57,926 bases of DNA, filler included, from Ionaspis alba (GCA_964255285.1; 5 parts of 5 records of this genome joined end to end with filler, not necessarily neighbours in it); one strand, 5' to 3'; positions 12,279-26,400 are shown, counted from the first letter of the whole stretch. Notes: a model not told the origin generated them from the letters alone. Numbers and translations: made by a program.

Positions 12279-14585
12279 CTAAACATCATGATTGTGAATG
12301 TCTTTCCCTGCCAAAACTGCTGTGGCATCGTCCGCCGACAGCGTCTTCACCCTACTCGTTTCCTGATCCGGCGCCTCCGTAGATGCATGCGCAACAGCAC
12401 CACCCTCTTCATCGACCTTACCACCATTTTCGTTCTTCTGCCTCCTCTCTTCATCTTCTCTCGCTTTTTCCACTAGCTCTCTATCGTCCTCTTCGTCTTG
12501 ACAGAACAAATCGTCTGCCTGCCCAAGCCTTCTATACTTGTTCATCCCGTGCCCATTCACAGCACCCTCTGCACATTGGCCAATCTCCCGCTTGAATTTC
12601 TCTGCGAAGCTGAAAGCAGCGTGATTTGCGCTCCTAGAGCTTGTAACTGTGCCAGTGTGTGAGAGTAGTTGGAGTGTGGCAAGTTCAGGGAGATCTCCTT
12701 CGTCGGGGAGGAAGGGAAGTAGGCTAGTGGTGAGGAGTGGATATTCCTTGCGAAGCGGTTGTTGGAGGTCGTTTGGTTGGGCTGAGGAAGAGAGAGAGGG
12801 TGCGTAGTCTTCGATAGGAGGGCGTAGGTCATTGTGGACGGTGGCGAGTGAGGAGGTGAAAGGGTAGAGGATGTTGTAGCCGCGAGTTAGCATCAAGGTT
12901 TGGATGTGTGTGAGGTAAGAAGGGTTGAGTGGGGTCGTAAGAGGACGTGGTGGTGTAGGGATGTTGAAGAGGTTGGTCAAGTAGGATTGGAGCTCGAGCC
13001 AGAAGATACCGAAGTAGAGAGTCGCGTCGGAGGTTGGTGATTGGTAGAGAAATGGTGATGGTGATGGTTCTGTGGGCGATGTTTGAGGTCCGAATGCGGA
13101 GGACGTAGTGACTGCGGCCGAGGGTCGAGGAGGGATAAAAGGCTTATTACTATTTGGGTAATGTGAGGGTGGATCAAGGCTGATGCCTATGAGACTTGTG
13201 GCTTCAAAGGAATTGGTCCCATAGGCCGCGTGCTTGTATTCAAGAACGTTGTAGAGAAGATAGTGGTAGTACATTGGAGAAAGCTCGACCTGAGGTGATA
13301 AAACTAGTACGTGAGAGTTCTGGGGTCTGGCAGGATAAAAGGACTCGACAAAACGGATGGATGCTTCCTCGCTTGTAGTTCTCTGTGGGGAGATTCGATG
13401 GCGAAGGGTTACCTGCGAAGTATGCGGAGCTCCAGAGGGGTCGAGTGGTGGCCAGACGAGATTCTCAAGGAACGACCAGGTCGGCGGATCTATATCTGCA
13501 GGAAGTTCAATGGTGAGATGAGGTCTTCGAACACCAAAGTACTCGGCTGCTTCGATGGATTTCAACAGTCGAATCAGTGAGCCTGACGAGTCTACAGGAG
13601 CTTGGATCAGAATGTCGACATAGGTATTGTGCCATGCTACAACTTATTAGCACTGCCGTTCTAGGTAGTGCTTAATCGTCAACTTACCACCTAAAGAACC
13701 AGAATCGAGCCGGGTCATCCACATAAGCTTTTCTGCAGCATTCGTAGGTAGCTCTATGACCGTTCTGCCTGTGTCGTAGGATTTAGACCGTACTCCTCTG
13801 ACGAAAAAGGGTTCTTCCATCTTTGACTCGTCGATGATATACACTTGTGGATGCATCAGGCCGTGTATATGTCCCAGCACTGTGTCCACGCTCTCCTCCA
13901 TGCGAGCATCAGAACTCCACGATGAGTAATCAGGACGAGCGTCTGAAAAAAACATCAGCAGGCAGCATGTAGCCAAGAGTCTCATGCTCTCACCATGCCA
14001 AAAGATGTTGCATTCATTTCCCACACCATTGACCATTTGCATATCGTTGATGGCCATGTCGTCCCTCCCCAGGAAGGCGAAATGCACTACATTTCTGTTC
14101 CACCTTGCCATCTCACATGCCATCGGAATAAGTCGAGAGGCGCTCCGAAGATTGGCAGCTGCAAAGAGAACATTTTTGTTGACCTCGCGATATCCCATTG
14201 TCCTTGCGATGGCATGAAGCGATGTCGCTAGGTAGTAGAACCTGACAGGGCCATTGTAATAATGCTTTTGTGCTTCTGCCTCTTCCTCAGTACGGGGTGG
14301 CTTGCCGGCAGGAGCCACAGGTATTCCACTGAAATGTGCAGAGCCTCCAGTGCTGATCCTGTCAACAATGGGACTGATATCTTTAGCTATGCTCCTGAAG
14401 AAGAGATAGAGCGCAAGCAGTATGACTATGCCCACAGCCAACCTCCTCCGCCGGATACGTGGTATACTCGTCCAAGTCATCCATGACCACATTGAGGGCA
14501 CAGTCGTACCATGGCTAGGTCTATGATCGTCGTCCTTTTTCCCTAGCTCTTCATCTCCAGCAAATATGCGCCCTGGCAAGGGCAT
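12279..14585 (-). CDS. Type II membrane protein, fungal glycosyltransferase-2-like family
   Basis: ATG 14585 (MPLPGRIFAGDEELGKKDDD). A single TM follows RRRR. Introns 13993-13943 and 13687-13637 give WH|DARPDY and AWHNTYVDILIQAP...SLIRLLKS. C-terminal GT-A-like 'FVESFYP...HVLVLSPQVELSPMYYHYL'. Family assignment is from recollection. Confidence 0.72.
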
Positions 14586-14988
14586 CTGTCTTCCCTCCAA
14601 TTCCGGTGCGGATTTTGCATGAAGAAGACAAATGTGAGAATAGACTCCTCAGCGCACTTCCCTACCACTGCAATGTGACAATGAACCCCGTTATGTAGAA
14701 GCCGAGAGCTTGACCTCGAGGAATGTCCAAAATCCCACTTCGGTTTAGCGTCCAATCGAAGCTCAACCCGCTAAAACCTGCTACCCGCATATTTGCGTCG
14801 CTAAAAACTGCGCCCAGGAATCGCAAATACAGGAACGTTGCATCCGGCGTAATTGTTCAGCTCGCAAACCATCCCACGTCATACATAAGTATCTGGTCTC
14901 TACTGTCCGAGCAGGATCAGAGCACAAACTTGAGATCCACCATTAATCCCTCAACATTTTGATTCAATCCGAAAGATATACCAACGCA

Positions 14989-15915
<927 letters not shown>

Positions 15916-16431
15916 GATCATTGTTCTGTTTGTTAGAGGGAAAGGGGGCATAGGATTGATTAGAGAAGTCTAAGGAAAGTCTTCATGAGCGGAAACGTTG
16001 GGCTTTATAGGTCACGATCATTTACCATATTGGTGAAGCAAAGATAGAGATTTTGCCATGCGCGACTCTTCGTTGATCTTTCTGACATGATGTGCTCATA
16101 CTATATTTCTGATAATCGAATATCGAAAACATCGTCCCTCTTCGATTAGGCACCAGTCGAAGGCTTCCAAGCCGTCATCTAGTAGTCAATGGCGAGCGTG
16201 TCCGCCTATTGTCTATTAAGATTCCTGGTTGGATGAGAGACTTCCACCGAGACTTCTCGTTAATTTAGTCGTCTACTTTTGCTTTCAATTTAATTGGCTC
16301 TCGCGTTGTGCTACCTCATTGTACATCAGAACGGCGCAACCAAACTCTCTGGCGCGCATGATACACTCCACGTCCTACACATTCTCTTCCTACTCTTCAA
16401 AGCACTGTGCATCGCTTACACTGTTCTCTCG

Positions 16432-17865
16432 ATGTCGGGAGGCCTTGAAATACAGTGCCCGCAACCGACGCGGTCCTTGAAAAGAAAGGCAGCGCAGCTC
16501 GAGGCCACTGACCAGAGAGATTATCGAGAGCCAGCCCGCAAAAGAACTGGCTTCTGGTCGCCAACAGAGAGCATAACGAACTGGCTCGGGCAAATCCCAC
16601 CTCCTTGCAAACGTAAGACGAGTCGCTCCGACAGCTTTTTATTACGCAAAATGAACGGACCTTCACAACCTTCCAGACCTGGAAGCGCACAGCCAAATAC
16701 GAATAAACAGCCTCCATATCAACCTCTTTCTCCTCTGTCCTTGTCTAGAACGGCCACGTCGTTCCCGCCACCAGCTCGGGTACCATATCCTCCTAACTCG
16801 GCAATACCATCGGCGTATTCAGCGGCCTCCCAGCAAACAGTTCCGTCACGTACTTCGACTTCAAACTCGAGGGATGATCCTAAGAAGTCAAAACGAGTCC
16901 AATCTCCAACCTACCGAGATGAGCTCAAGCATCACTCTATATATATAGACTCCTACGGCATGTCCATGCCTGACACCGTCCGCAATTGGGCACAAAACAT
17001 CATACAAAAGAAGCGGGGGTCACCTCCCCTCACCGATCAGGAAGTTGCCTACACTCGAGAGCAGTTGTCCACTTTAGACAACGCAGACGAGGAGATCACC
17101 CGTACTGGCTTCGCCAAAACACCATTGTTTCCGACTATTATGGACTACAAAGTTGGACCCAACAAATACTCTATAGCGGAGGGCGCAAATATACCATTCG
17201 ACCGGACCGCCCTCCCATACATTACAGGTTCCAGATGCCCGCCGGTTGTAACCCCAATACCTGACTTCCACTACGGTTTTCCATACGAAAGCTTCAACTC
17301 CCAAATCTCTGATGTTGTTCAGCACCCGCGATTATATCCATATGCCAAACCCACTTCAGCCGCGTACTGGCCCTTCTTTGCTATTGAATATAAATCTCCA
17401 TCTCGGCTTGGCTCGAGATGGGTGGCTGCAAATCAGAATGCCGGAACTGGTTCTCACTGTGTAAACTCGATCGAGACACTGCTAAGCTACACGAGAACAA
17501 CAGAACAACGTCAAATCACCGACTCGATTGCCTTTTCGTGTGTCGTCGATTCCCACGATGCATCATTATGGGTCCACTGGCGAGAACACGGCGACGATTC
17601 ACATTATGTCAGTTCGGAAATCGATTTCTACCATTTCCATCGGCCACAGGACATCCGGCACTTCCGATCAAGTGTAAGAAACATCATTGATTTTGGGCTG
17701 GACGAACGATTGCCAATGATCAAGAGTGCATTGTTCGATCTCATTCCTCAACTCCCCGTGTGGGATGAGGAGGACAAAGTCGCGAAGACGAGGCGGTCCT
17801 CCCAGCTCGATGATGGACCCTCCTGTAATGACTCTGATAGCAGGAGTGGAAGTAGAAGACGTTGA
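16432..17865 (+). CDS. Intronless protein with disordered N-terminus and PD-(D/E)XK-like C-terminal domain (DUF7924-like fungal family)
   Basis: First ATG at 16432 (477 aa). Motifs PIPDFHYG...WPFFAIEYK...AANQNAGTG...LWVHW...VRNIIDFG. Family name is from recollection, not a search. Confidence 0.7.
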   Translation: MSGGLEIQCPQPTRSLKRKAAQLEATDQRDYREPARKRTGFWSPTESITNWLGQIPPPCKRKTSRSDSFLLRKMNGPSQPSRPGSAQPNTNKQPPYQPLSPLSLSRTATSFPPPARVPYPPNSAIPSAYSAASQQTVPSRTSTSNSRDDPKKSKRVQSPTYRDELKHHSIYIDSYGMSMPDTVRNWAQNIIQKKRGSPPLTDQEVAYTREQLSTLDNADEEITRTGFAKTPLFPTIMDYKVGPNKYSIAEGANIPFDRTALPYITGSRCPPVVTPIPDFHYGFPYESFNSQISDVVQHPRLYPYAKPTSAAYWPFFAIEYKSPSRLGSRWVAANQNAGTGSHCVNSIETLLSYTRTTEQRQITDSIAFSCVVDSHDASLWVHWREHGDDSHYVSSEIDFYHFHRPQDIRHFRSSVRNIIDFGLDERLPMIKSALFDLIPQLPVWDEEDKVAKTRRSSQLDDGPSCNDSDSRSGSRRR

Positions 17866-19135
17866 GTCAGTATATATGAGCAATTACCAGAAAGGACCCT
17901 CAGGGAGACTGCCCAAAATATATGCAGATTCTTCGATGGCAGGCCTTCTGAAAGGCTTGCTAATGTCCTTATGAGTAGCTGTTACAGAGTAATCGTATCT
18001 CTGCTTCTAAAACTCGTCCACTGTTGCTGTGATTAATACATGGAACCCTCCCCTCACACCTAGATGGAAGCCGCCGATAACCGCCAGTCCCGATAAGGAA
18101 GTGCCAGCCGAAGCCTCCGCTAGTACATACCTACACTAGCGTCCTGCCGACAGTATGCGTAGAACAGCGATAGAAACAAGCAGCCAGGAGCCACTCCAAT
18201 CCAGTATGCAGAGGAGCTCAATCGGATCTCACGGCCAGTGGAATAGCCAACAGCATTCTCCACGGCGTACATCCATGCTTATCGGAGAATAAATCTCTAG
18301 TGGTAGCTTCTTATCTTCTCTGAAGATACGATCGATTGGTTCCTAATACCGGGCCACTGCAAGCAGGAGTGGCACAACGTCGGGATGCTATTAGTGCCCG
18401 CCGGTGTCCCTGCAGCGCACGCAGCCTCCACACGGGCCGAGTGGCAGTGAGGGCCCATCTTCGTGACCAGATGGTATTGCTTATGAGTGGCTATGTACAG
18501 AGAGTAGTCCGAGGGATGAATGACCCCACGCTTGTCTCCGCGCCAGGGATGTGGCATACTTAAGCTTCAGGATTCCCTCTTTCTTGGGTTCTTTTTGCTT
18601 ATTTTACGCTCAAGTGAAATTGCTGTAGTGCTTCCTGCTTCCTGCTCTAAAGCCTTGGAAATTTGTGATTACACTGTTCAGACCATCCAGCTGTCTAACT
18701 GCACTGTATAAAGTTGATATCGGAATTGGCGCCTCCGTGTCCTGATCGAGTCACATACTGTCCTTCACTCAAGCATTACTGTAACGCATCGCTATAAGAG
18801 CAAGACCATAGTCCATCCCCTTCGTTGATCAATACCCTTTTTCTTCTCCAAAAATCACCACATCAACTCATACTTGATGTCGGTTGACGTACGCCAATCC
18901 CTCAATTGCTTGCGCTATCCCTCTCGCTTCGAGAGCGTTTCAAGAACCCAGCTCTCCAAAGTCCATACGGGAGAGCTTACCAGACCAATCGATAATCCGT
19001 GAAGGCAAGCACATCCTCTAAAGTAGATTAAAAGTACTGACCCTGGACAGAGGAATAATAGGTGTGTTCATCCCCTGCTAGTACCTGGCGCGATACCCTA
19101 ATGATATATCCAGCAGCATAAAGATACTACCCAGC

Positions 19136-20077
19136 ATGGAGGAAATCAAAGCCGCCATAACCATCGAATCAACCACCAGCTCCACCTCCAGCACCGACGA
19201 CCCAACCACCGCTTCCACCAGCACGTCCGCCACCTCCATCAGCACGCCCCTGACCAACCTCTGCGCGCCCACTGTCCGCGTGATCAAGCCGTCCGAGTAC
19301 AAAGCTGCGGCGCAAACCCTGGCCGAAGCCTTCGCCACAGACGACGTCGCGCGGTACTTCATCGACACGCCTGACCGTGCGAACTGGTCGGCTGCCAAGA
19401 AATGGAAACTGCATGTCAACATCTTAGAGTATATCGTGTATGCGCATTGCTTGAAGGGAATGGTGTTGACGGCCGGGGAAGGGTATGGATGTGTGGCTTT
19501 GTGGTATGATTTCCTCCGTCTCGATAACTAAACGACTGTGGTCAGGGGATGGGACTAATGAGTATATAGGATGCCGCCCTCCCGCAACATGGACGATCTG
19601 CCCACCATTCTGCGCTCGGGGATGTGGCGGCTGCGCTTCCAGCTCTCGACTGAGGGAAAGACGCGCTTCTTCGACGAGTTCCTGCCGTTGCTGCATGATA
19701 CCAAGGCGGAGGTGCTTGGAAAGAGGGATGACAAGGCTTGGTATCTGGTGTACATCGGCACGAAGGAGAGTGCGAGGGGAAAGGGGCTGGCGAAGGCTTG
19801 TATTGAAGAGGTCACGCGCTTGGTAGGTAGATTCTTTCCTTGGTGCCGATGGGAGATATCGTTATAGTACGATGTGGTCCTGGTGTTGTTGGAAAGAGTG
19901 GCTGATTCTAAGGGGCAGGCGGATTCCAAGGGCCAGGCTTGCTATCTGGAAAGTAGCAACGATGTTAATCCTATCATCTATGGGAAGTTGGGATTCGAGA
20001 CCAAGAAGAAAATTGCGCTGAAGAGAGGGGAGAAGGTGGTTGAACTAGATTGTATGGTCCGAGAGCCGAAGGTTTGA
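19136..20077 (+). CDS. GNAT-family N-acetyltransferase, 3 exons
   Basis: Introns 19504-19569 and 19823-19918. The spliced product has AAQTLAEAF, VALW|MPP, WYLVYIGTKESARGKGLA (acetyl-CoA loop) and CYLESS...IYGKLGF. Confidence 0.9.
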
Positions 20078-20516
20078 GCGGGAGATGGGGCACCACGGGC
20101 TGATCTGGGTTCGGGTTGTGGCAGAGGGAAGACTGGAACAATCCGGACACAGAGTAGCAGTACGGAGGACTATCGAATTGGAGATCAGCGGTTGGGCCCT
20201 GGTTGCGTGACGAACTAAGACATCGAATTTTGAGAGAGCTGAGAATGTGAACGATTCCTTCAGGTCGTGGCAAAGAGCCTATGCTGAAGCTAGGTCGGAG
20301 CTTGCTTTCCTTCCCTTCCTCTTTTGCGGCGATAGTTGATATTGACAAGCTTGTCCTACCATTTCTAGCACAGATAGCAAAATGCACTCATGTTCCCTTC
20401 GCACAGCTCCTCTCCAGCTTGAGTTTCAAGATCGACTCACGCCCGAGCTCGAAGCATCTCATCTCCTTGCGGTCCTTGCTAGCCTTCCTTCGTCCTCCAG
20501 GCTCGCAGATGATGAC

Positions 20517-22905
20517 CTAACATCGTTCGAATACCCGATATAACCCCTTCAAGTCCGCTACCTCAAGGACACCGCCTAGCATACCCTTTGTGGCAACCAT
20601 CCGGGCTCTAATGGCCGGGAATAGGACGAACTCCAGCATCCGCGCAAGCTGCTCTCGTCGAGATTTGATAGTCGGATCCTCTTTCTCTCCCATCTTGTCC
20701 CCTTTTCCTGTAGCTTCCCTGTTTTCCTTCTCCGCATCGCCGTCCTCGTCTTCGCATTCGCCCACGGCAATGCTCGTAACCTTTTTCTGCTTCACAGGTG
20801 CATTAGGCAATTGTTCCGGAGCATAAAAACTCGCCAACTCGACCAAGAAACTCCTGAAGCATTCTTGCTCATCTGTCCAATCAACGCATGGGCCCAAGCG
20901 CATCAGAAACCTTGGCAGCTTTGCCAGAGATGGCATATATCCTTTCAGTAGCAGCGGAATGCCACTCAGCATCCCATCTTCCGAGATCAGCAGATTAAAA
21001 TACTCTTGCAACATCTCCCTTTGTTCGATCAGCTGCTTGCTCACAGCAGGTACGATCTTCGCCCAGTCGGTCGGTGGATCTCCTGCTGCTGAGGCTGGTG
21101 TGGCAGATTTCTCCGTATCAACGGCTATCTGAATGAGGGCGCGTAAGTCGAGAGGGGGATCAAAGGCGATGATGCCGAAATTGGCGAAATCAGTGAGACC
21201 GATCTGGTAAAAGAACTCATTGGCCAGCATGCCGTAATCTACAAGGAAGAGCTTCGGCCCGGATTGGATTGCGACGAGGCGCCGAGTTGCATCGACTAAA
21301 CCAATGTAGGTGTGTGCTGCGAGAGTGGCGGTTAGAGTGCTGTGCATGGCATCACGGACGGATGCGCGAAGGGTCTTGATGGTTGTGAGTCGGATGGTGA
21401 TGGGTTCCTTGGGATTGTGAGTGTAAGTTATCTCAGAAGCGACGCCATTCGAGTCCGTGGTGCTAGGTGGGAGCATAGAGGTGATTTTGCGAAGAGCGGG
21501 ATCGGTGCGGATGAGGGCGTTGTCGGCAGGGCGCGAGGATGGGGCACGCGATGTGGAGGGTATGCTTTTTGTGCGAGCGGACGCGGCCGGAGCTGCAGGC
21601 GTCTTGGTACTGTTGGGAAGGAGGGATTGTGTCATGAAAGTGCGGCTGGTATCGACTTTGGAGAGTTGAGTGCGGATTTCATCCGTGATCGTTTCCACGA
21701 TCTCATCCTCGTTGAGGAAATTGACTTCACGCTTCGTAGGATGCACATTTACGTCGACGCGAGCGGGATCGATGGAAAGGCTGAGGTAGACAAAAGGATG
21801 ACCGCCTTTGGGTAGGAAAGTCGCATAGGTGCGTTGGAGGGCGGTCCGGATGGCAGAGGACTCCACAGCTCGGTGGTTGATGAAGAGCAGGATTGTGGTG
21901 CGCTTCACATGGTAGTTGGCGTTGCTGGTCAAGCCGGATGCCTGGAAGCCCCATCTGTCGGAACTAACGTTGAATTCGATCAGTTCGTTGGCTACAGCGC
22001 TGCCGTGAATCTGGCGTATGCGATCTATGGTGGTGGCGTTTGAGGCAACTGATATACTCATCGCAGAATCGCCGTGCTTCTTGCATGAAAACGCGACACC
22101 GCTGCAATGGACGGCATAACGCCCAACGACGTCGAGGATCTTTGCATATTCTTCGCTGTGAGACTTGAAAGCTCGCTGGCGCTGAGTGACATTGTAGAAT
22201 AAGTCCTCGACCTAAAACCCATTGAGACGCTGAATTCGATGAAGGGGGTGGACCAACTTACGGTAATTTGCGTTCCTCCTCGGCCAGCGGTTGGCTTGGG
22301 ATCAGCACTTTGACCTGGCTTTGCAGGTGCAAGCTTTCCATCGGCATAGTGAGCCCGCCATGCGCAACTCGAGTCTGCAGTTTTGGTAGTCACTGTAAGA
22401 TGTGCTATGTGACTGATACTGGCTAAAGCTTCACCACGGAAGCCGTAAGTCCCGATAGAGGTCAGATCTTCAAAAGCTTTGAGCTTGGAAGTGGTGAAAC
22501 GTTCGCACAAGATCTCGAGATCATCTTTCTACCTCTTTCTCAGCAGGGCTTCACACAAAACTGCTTCGGATCACCAACGTTGATGCCATGACCATTATCT
22601 GTGATCTGAAGTAGCTTCAAACCGCCGTCTTTGACTATGATTTCTAGAGATGTGGAGCCAGCATCCACGGCATTCTCGATCAGTTCCTTTAGGGCATGCA
22701 TAGGAGCAACGATGATCTCTCCAGCTGCGATCTTGTTGACAACATTCTGGTCCAAAGCCTGCGATTCCGATCAGCCGGAATCGGATTTGAAAGAGATTGC
22801 GAATGGCACCTTAATTCTTTTCGGTGCTGGTGGCACAAGACGGTCGTCGGCTTTTCTCTTCAGTCCTCTTGCTCCAGTAGAGTCAACCTCCATTACATCT
22901 TCCAT
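20517..22905 (-). CDS. MLH1: DNA mismatch repair protein MutL homologue 1
   Basis: [45 protein letters not shown] and C-terminal FERC; introns 22809-22759, 22578-22529 and 22261-22212. Confidence 0.97.
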
Positions 22906-23204
22906 GTCTTCAACTCCTCTCTGGTTCAAGAGGACGAGTCTTTCACTCCTTTCAGCTCAGACTGTGTGTAGAATCATATCAAAGGACAAAACAGTCACAA
23001 AAGCATCACGAAAACAGATAGCTATGTAAGATACCCGTGAAACAGCTTTTCATAGAAGAACACTACCACATAACGAATAAACCATTTCAGAACGATAGAA
23101 GACGGAATAGATCAATGGAGAATGGAATGGTTGCGATGAGTGGAGGAGAGAGCCAAGCCCTGATCAACCTGAAACAAACGGTGCAAACACTATGTTGGCG
23201 CTAC

Positions 23205-23304
23205 NNNNNNNNNNNNNNNNNNNNNNNNNNNNNNNNNNNNNNNNNNNNTTAATTAATTAANNNNNNNNNNNNNNNNNNNNNNNNNNNNNNNNNNNNNNNN
23301 NNNN
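23205..23304. other. Artificial scaffold-joining spacer (44N-TTAATTAATTAA-44N)
   Basis: Linker 12-mer at 23249-23260. Confidence 0.95.
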
Positions 23305-23416
23305 AGGGCTCTTTGTGTAAGGCTGCATAAGGCTGGTGATTTACCAATATTTGCTCTAGACGTATCAATGCGCCCAGTGTTCCACGTTTTCTGCAGAACG
23401 AGTGACTGATTCTGCA

Positions 23417-26400
23417 ATGGAGTCAGAGGCACCTCAGACGACTCTGTATCTGCACAAGGAAACACGCGTTGACCTCCAACCCCATCGTCCAGACTCCATC
23501 ATCCATATTCAACTCCCTTCGACCAGCTCCTTTGCCTTGTCAACCCGAACTCACCGCAAGGTCATTTCCGCTCTACCTCCCAGCAAGAATGAAGAAGCTT
23601 TCCAAAGACAGAGTGTTGCCACGTCGGGCTCTTTATACTTCTACAAATCGAGGAAATATCCACGAAGCTGCCTCTGGCGATGCCTTGAAGACAACACCGT
23701 CCTGGAGCTGCGATCTGCAGATCTAAGCAAAGAAGAGAACGAAGTCAAAGAGGCAGATTTGATCCTTAGGCTTGGGTTTTCGAGTGGCATACGACATGAA
23801 GGTATCGCATTGGCAGACTCAATCGATCAGGACGTGCTGAACGTGTTTGTCCTAACCAAGAGCGACGAACTCTACACCTTTACACTACGGCCAGACTTTT
23901 TCTGTCGAGCTTCTGCGTCAGAGGGCGAGTTCGAGAGGTGGTGGACGGTCTTCAAACCGTCGTCTTTGACGATCAGCACCTCACATCGCCTGATCGCATC
24001 ACATCCTCTGGAACTACTCGTTGCGCTGGGCGATGGCAGGTTGATGCGTCTGGTGAGGAAGGCTGGAAGTGACGGATCGCATTGGGACGAGTCGGCGTAT
24101 AGTAATGGACAATGGACATCATCTCTACGTGGCCTCATACGCTGGCAGGGAAGCAACACTGTCAAGTACAATGGCAAGGTGCTTGATCAGAATACCGCTG
24201 TTGCAGCAAAGACTTCACCTGATGGGAAGCACCTTTTCGCTGTTTGCCTGAACCATACTCTGAGAGCCTGGAACGTCAAGAGCGGGAAGGTCACATTCTC
24301 GAGAGATCTATTGGATGTGGATCATGATCCTCATGAAACAGTAAGAGTCATGCTTGATCCTGGCATTTCTCAGGTACTAGATATCTTCGAAGTCGGGGGA
24401 GGACAAGAAGGAGATATGTACTACATCGCTACATACTCGCCACAAAATTCCGGAGTGTTCAAGTTCTGGGCAATCCGTGATGCCGATCATGCCAATTTAG
24501 GTGTTCGAGCTCTTTTCCCAGACGAGATATTCCGCGTTCCAGATCCTGATGACGGCGCGTTGTGGACTGTTGCAGACTTCAGATTAGGAGTTACTCCAGG
24601 CACCACCGAATTAGAGCTCTGGATCTTGATGAGGTTGAATCGGAGATACAAGCTTTACTATCGGAAGTTGGATCTCTATAATTTGGACACTGACTGGAGT
24701 ACTGGTTGGTCTATGAGTGCAGTCGATGTTTCCCAGCGGGAACCGTCTCAACAGCCACCATTTCGAGTGTTCGACCTCGATGCGGAGGACGTATCGGATC
24801 GATGGCTCACATTTATTCTCAGTCCCGGCCGGCTTCCTGAAATGGTTCTTGAGACAGCTTTGATTATCTATGATCATGACCAAGGTCAGAGTGCTACGAT
24901 CACCAAGAATACGAAAACTTCTCTCAAGGAGCGTCTTGCCAAGTCTGTCGGTTCCCACGTTCAACTTCAGAGAAGTAATGCTTCGGAGAACGGCCTCGCC
25001 CGATTCCGAGAGCAGGTCAACGACCAGTGGACGTCCTTTTGGACCATAGCCAGTGAATTAGATCAATCACGATGGGAGCCCCTGTCCCTGGGCTATAATG
25101 TCGACGCAGGAATGCCATGGATTGTCTTTGCAGATGCATGCTGTGCTGTGCGTCAATGCAGCCAGACCGAACTTCTGGTTCACAATAGCCCAAAAGATCT
25201 TGCACGTCACAACAACATGCTGCTGAAACATTCGATAGAAGATGGTGGCAGTCCATCTAATTCTGTGCTTCCCGATGAGCTAGCTTTACTCATTGACTCG
25301 GCAGCCAGGTTTCGTGCCACTTTTTCCGATGCACTCCGTTTTTCCTGCAAAAATGCTCTCAAAGGCGAATTGTGGCAGGATCCTTCATATTCTGTCCCTG
25401 TGCGTATCCAGTCATTCTATGATCGATGTGATTTTGCAGGACAGATTGGGGACAGGCAATACAATGATCTAGCGGCATCCCTGAAAGAAACGGGAGGATT
25501 TGATGGCCTCAATACTGCCTCGTTCCAAGCAATCATCGCCACGCTACCTCATTCGATGTCAACAGAGGCGTCGGGCCTCGTTTCGACCACATTTGGACTA
25601 AAGACGCTCGTGAAAGGGGCTCAGGACATGATTGAACTTCATACCCGTATACTCACTGATCTTCTATTGCTTGTCGTCTTCGTAGATATGGAGGTCGACC
25701 GGGACGAATGTGCCATGGAAGATATTGATACGCCTCAAGTGTTCATGATGCTAGCTGACCAGCTGAAGCAATACCAGATGATGCGGTGGCTAGCTACCAA
25801 CACGAGACCAGAGCCTCAAGGTGCCAGTGACAACAGTCTTGTTAGCGTTGATGCAGGCAGAGCTGCAAGAAGTTCGCCCAAACCATCTACGGTCCTAGAA
25901 AACCTATTTGCTTCTGATCCTAAGCCGCAATCATACCCCGACGAGTCTCAAACCATCACGTTGACGAACAATATCCTGGATCTTCTCAAATGGGTGACAG
26001 GAGGAAGTGATCCGACGATCACCCTCGACCAGGTCCTCGTGCACGTACAATGCAACCTTTTGAAAGACAACAATATTGGTCTTGCCTCCTCCTTCCTCCA
26101 ATATCAACCCTCTACGGCCTGGGCGACCTACATTCGCGGTCGTTTCTGTCTCCTGCAAAACGAACTCCCAGAAGCGGCCGTTCAATTTCAAAAAGCTGCT
26201 TACAAACTTTGTAAGCCAAAATCTGTCCCAGAACCAACAGAGAAAATCCACTGACCATGCTCTTCCTGTCACCAGCTCGTCCAAACTCTCACTTCAACTA
26301 TGCCACCGCATCTGCTGGTCTGCTCTCGTCGCTCGACGCCTCTTTCCTCTCAACTGGTCTACAAAACTACTACACCCACATCCTCACTCTCTTCGAGCCC

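Noticed and set aside
18050..18290. Minus-strand GFGWHFLIGTGGY resembling the alkaline ceramidase 'HGWWH..TG.G.Y' motif (pseudogene?)
   Set aside because: Only a short partial match; the flanking frames show no other ceramidase motifs.
22905..23417. MLH1-NUP120 head-to-head genome-stability pair
   Set aside because: The genes sit on opposite sides of an artificial spacer, so adjacency is not supported.
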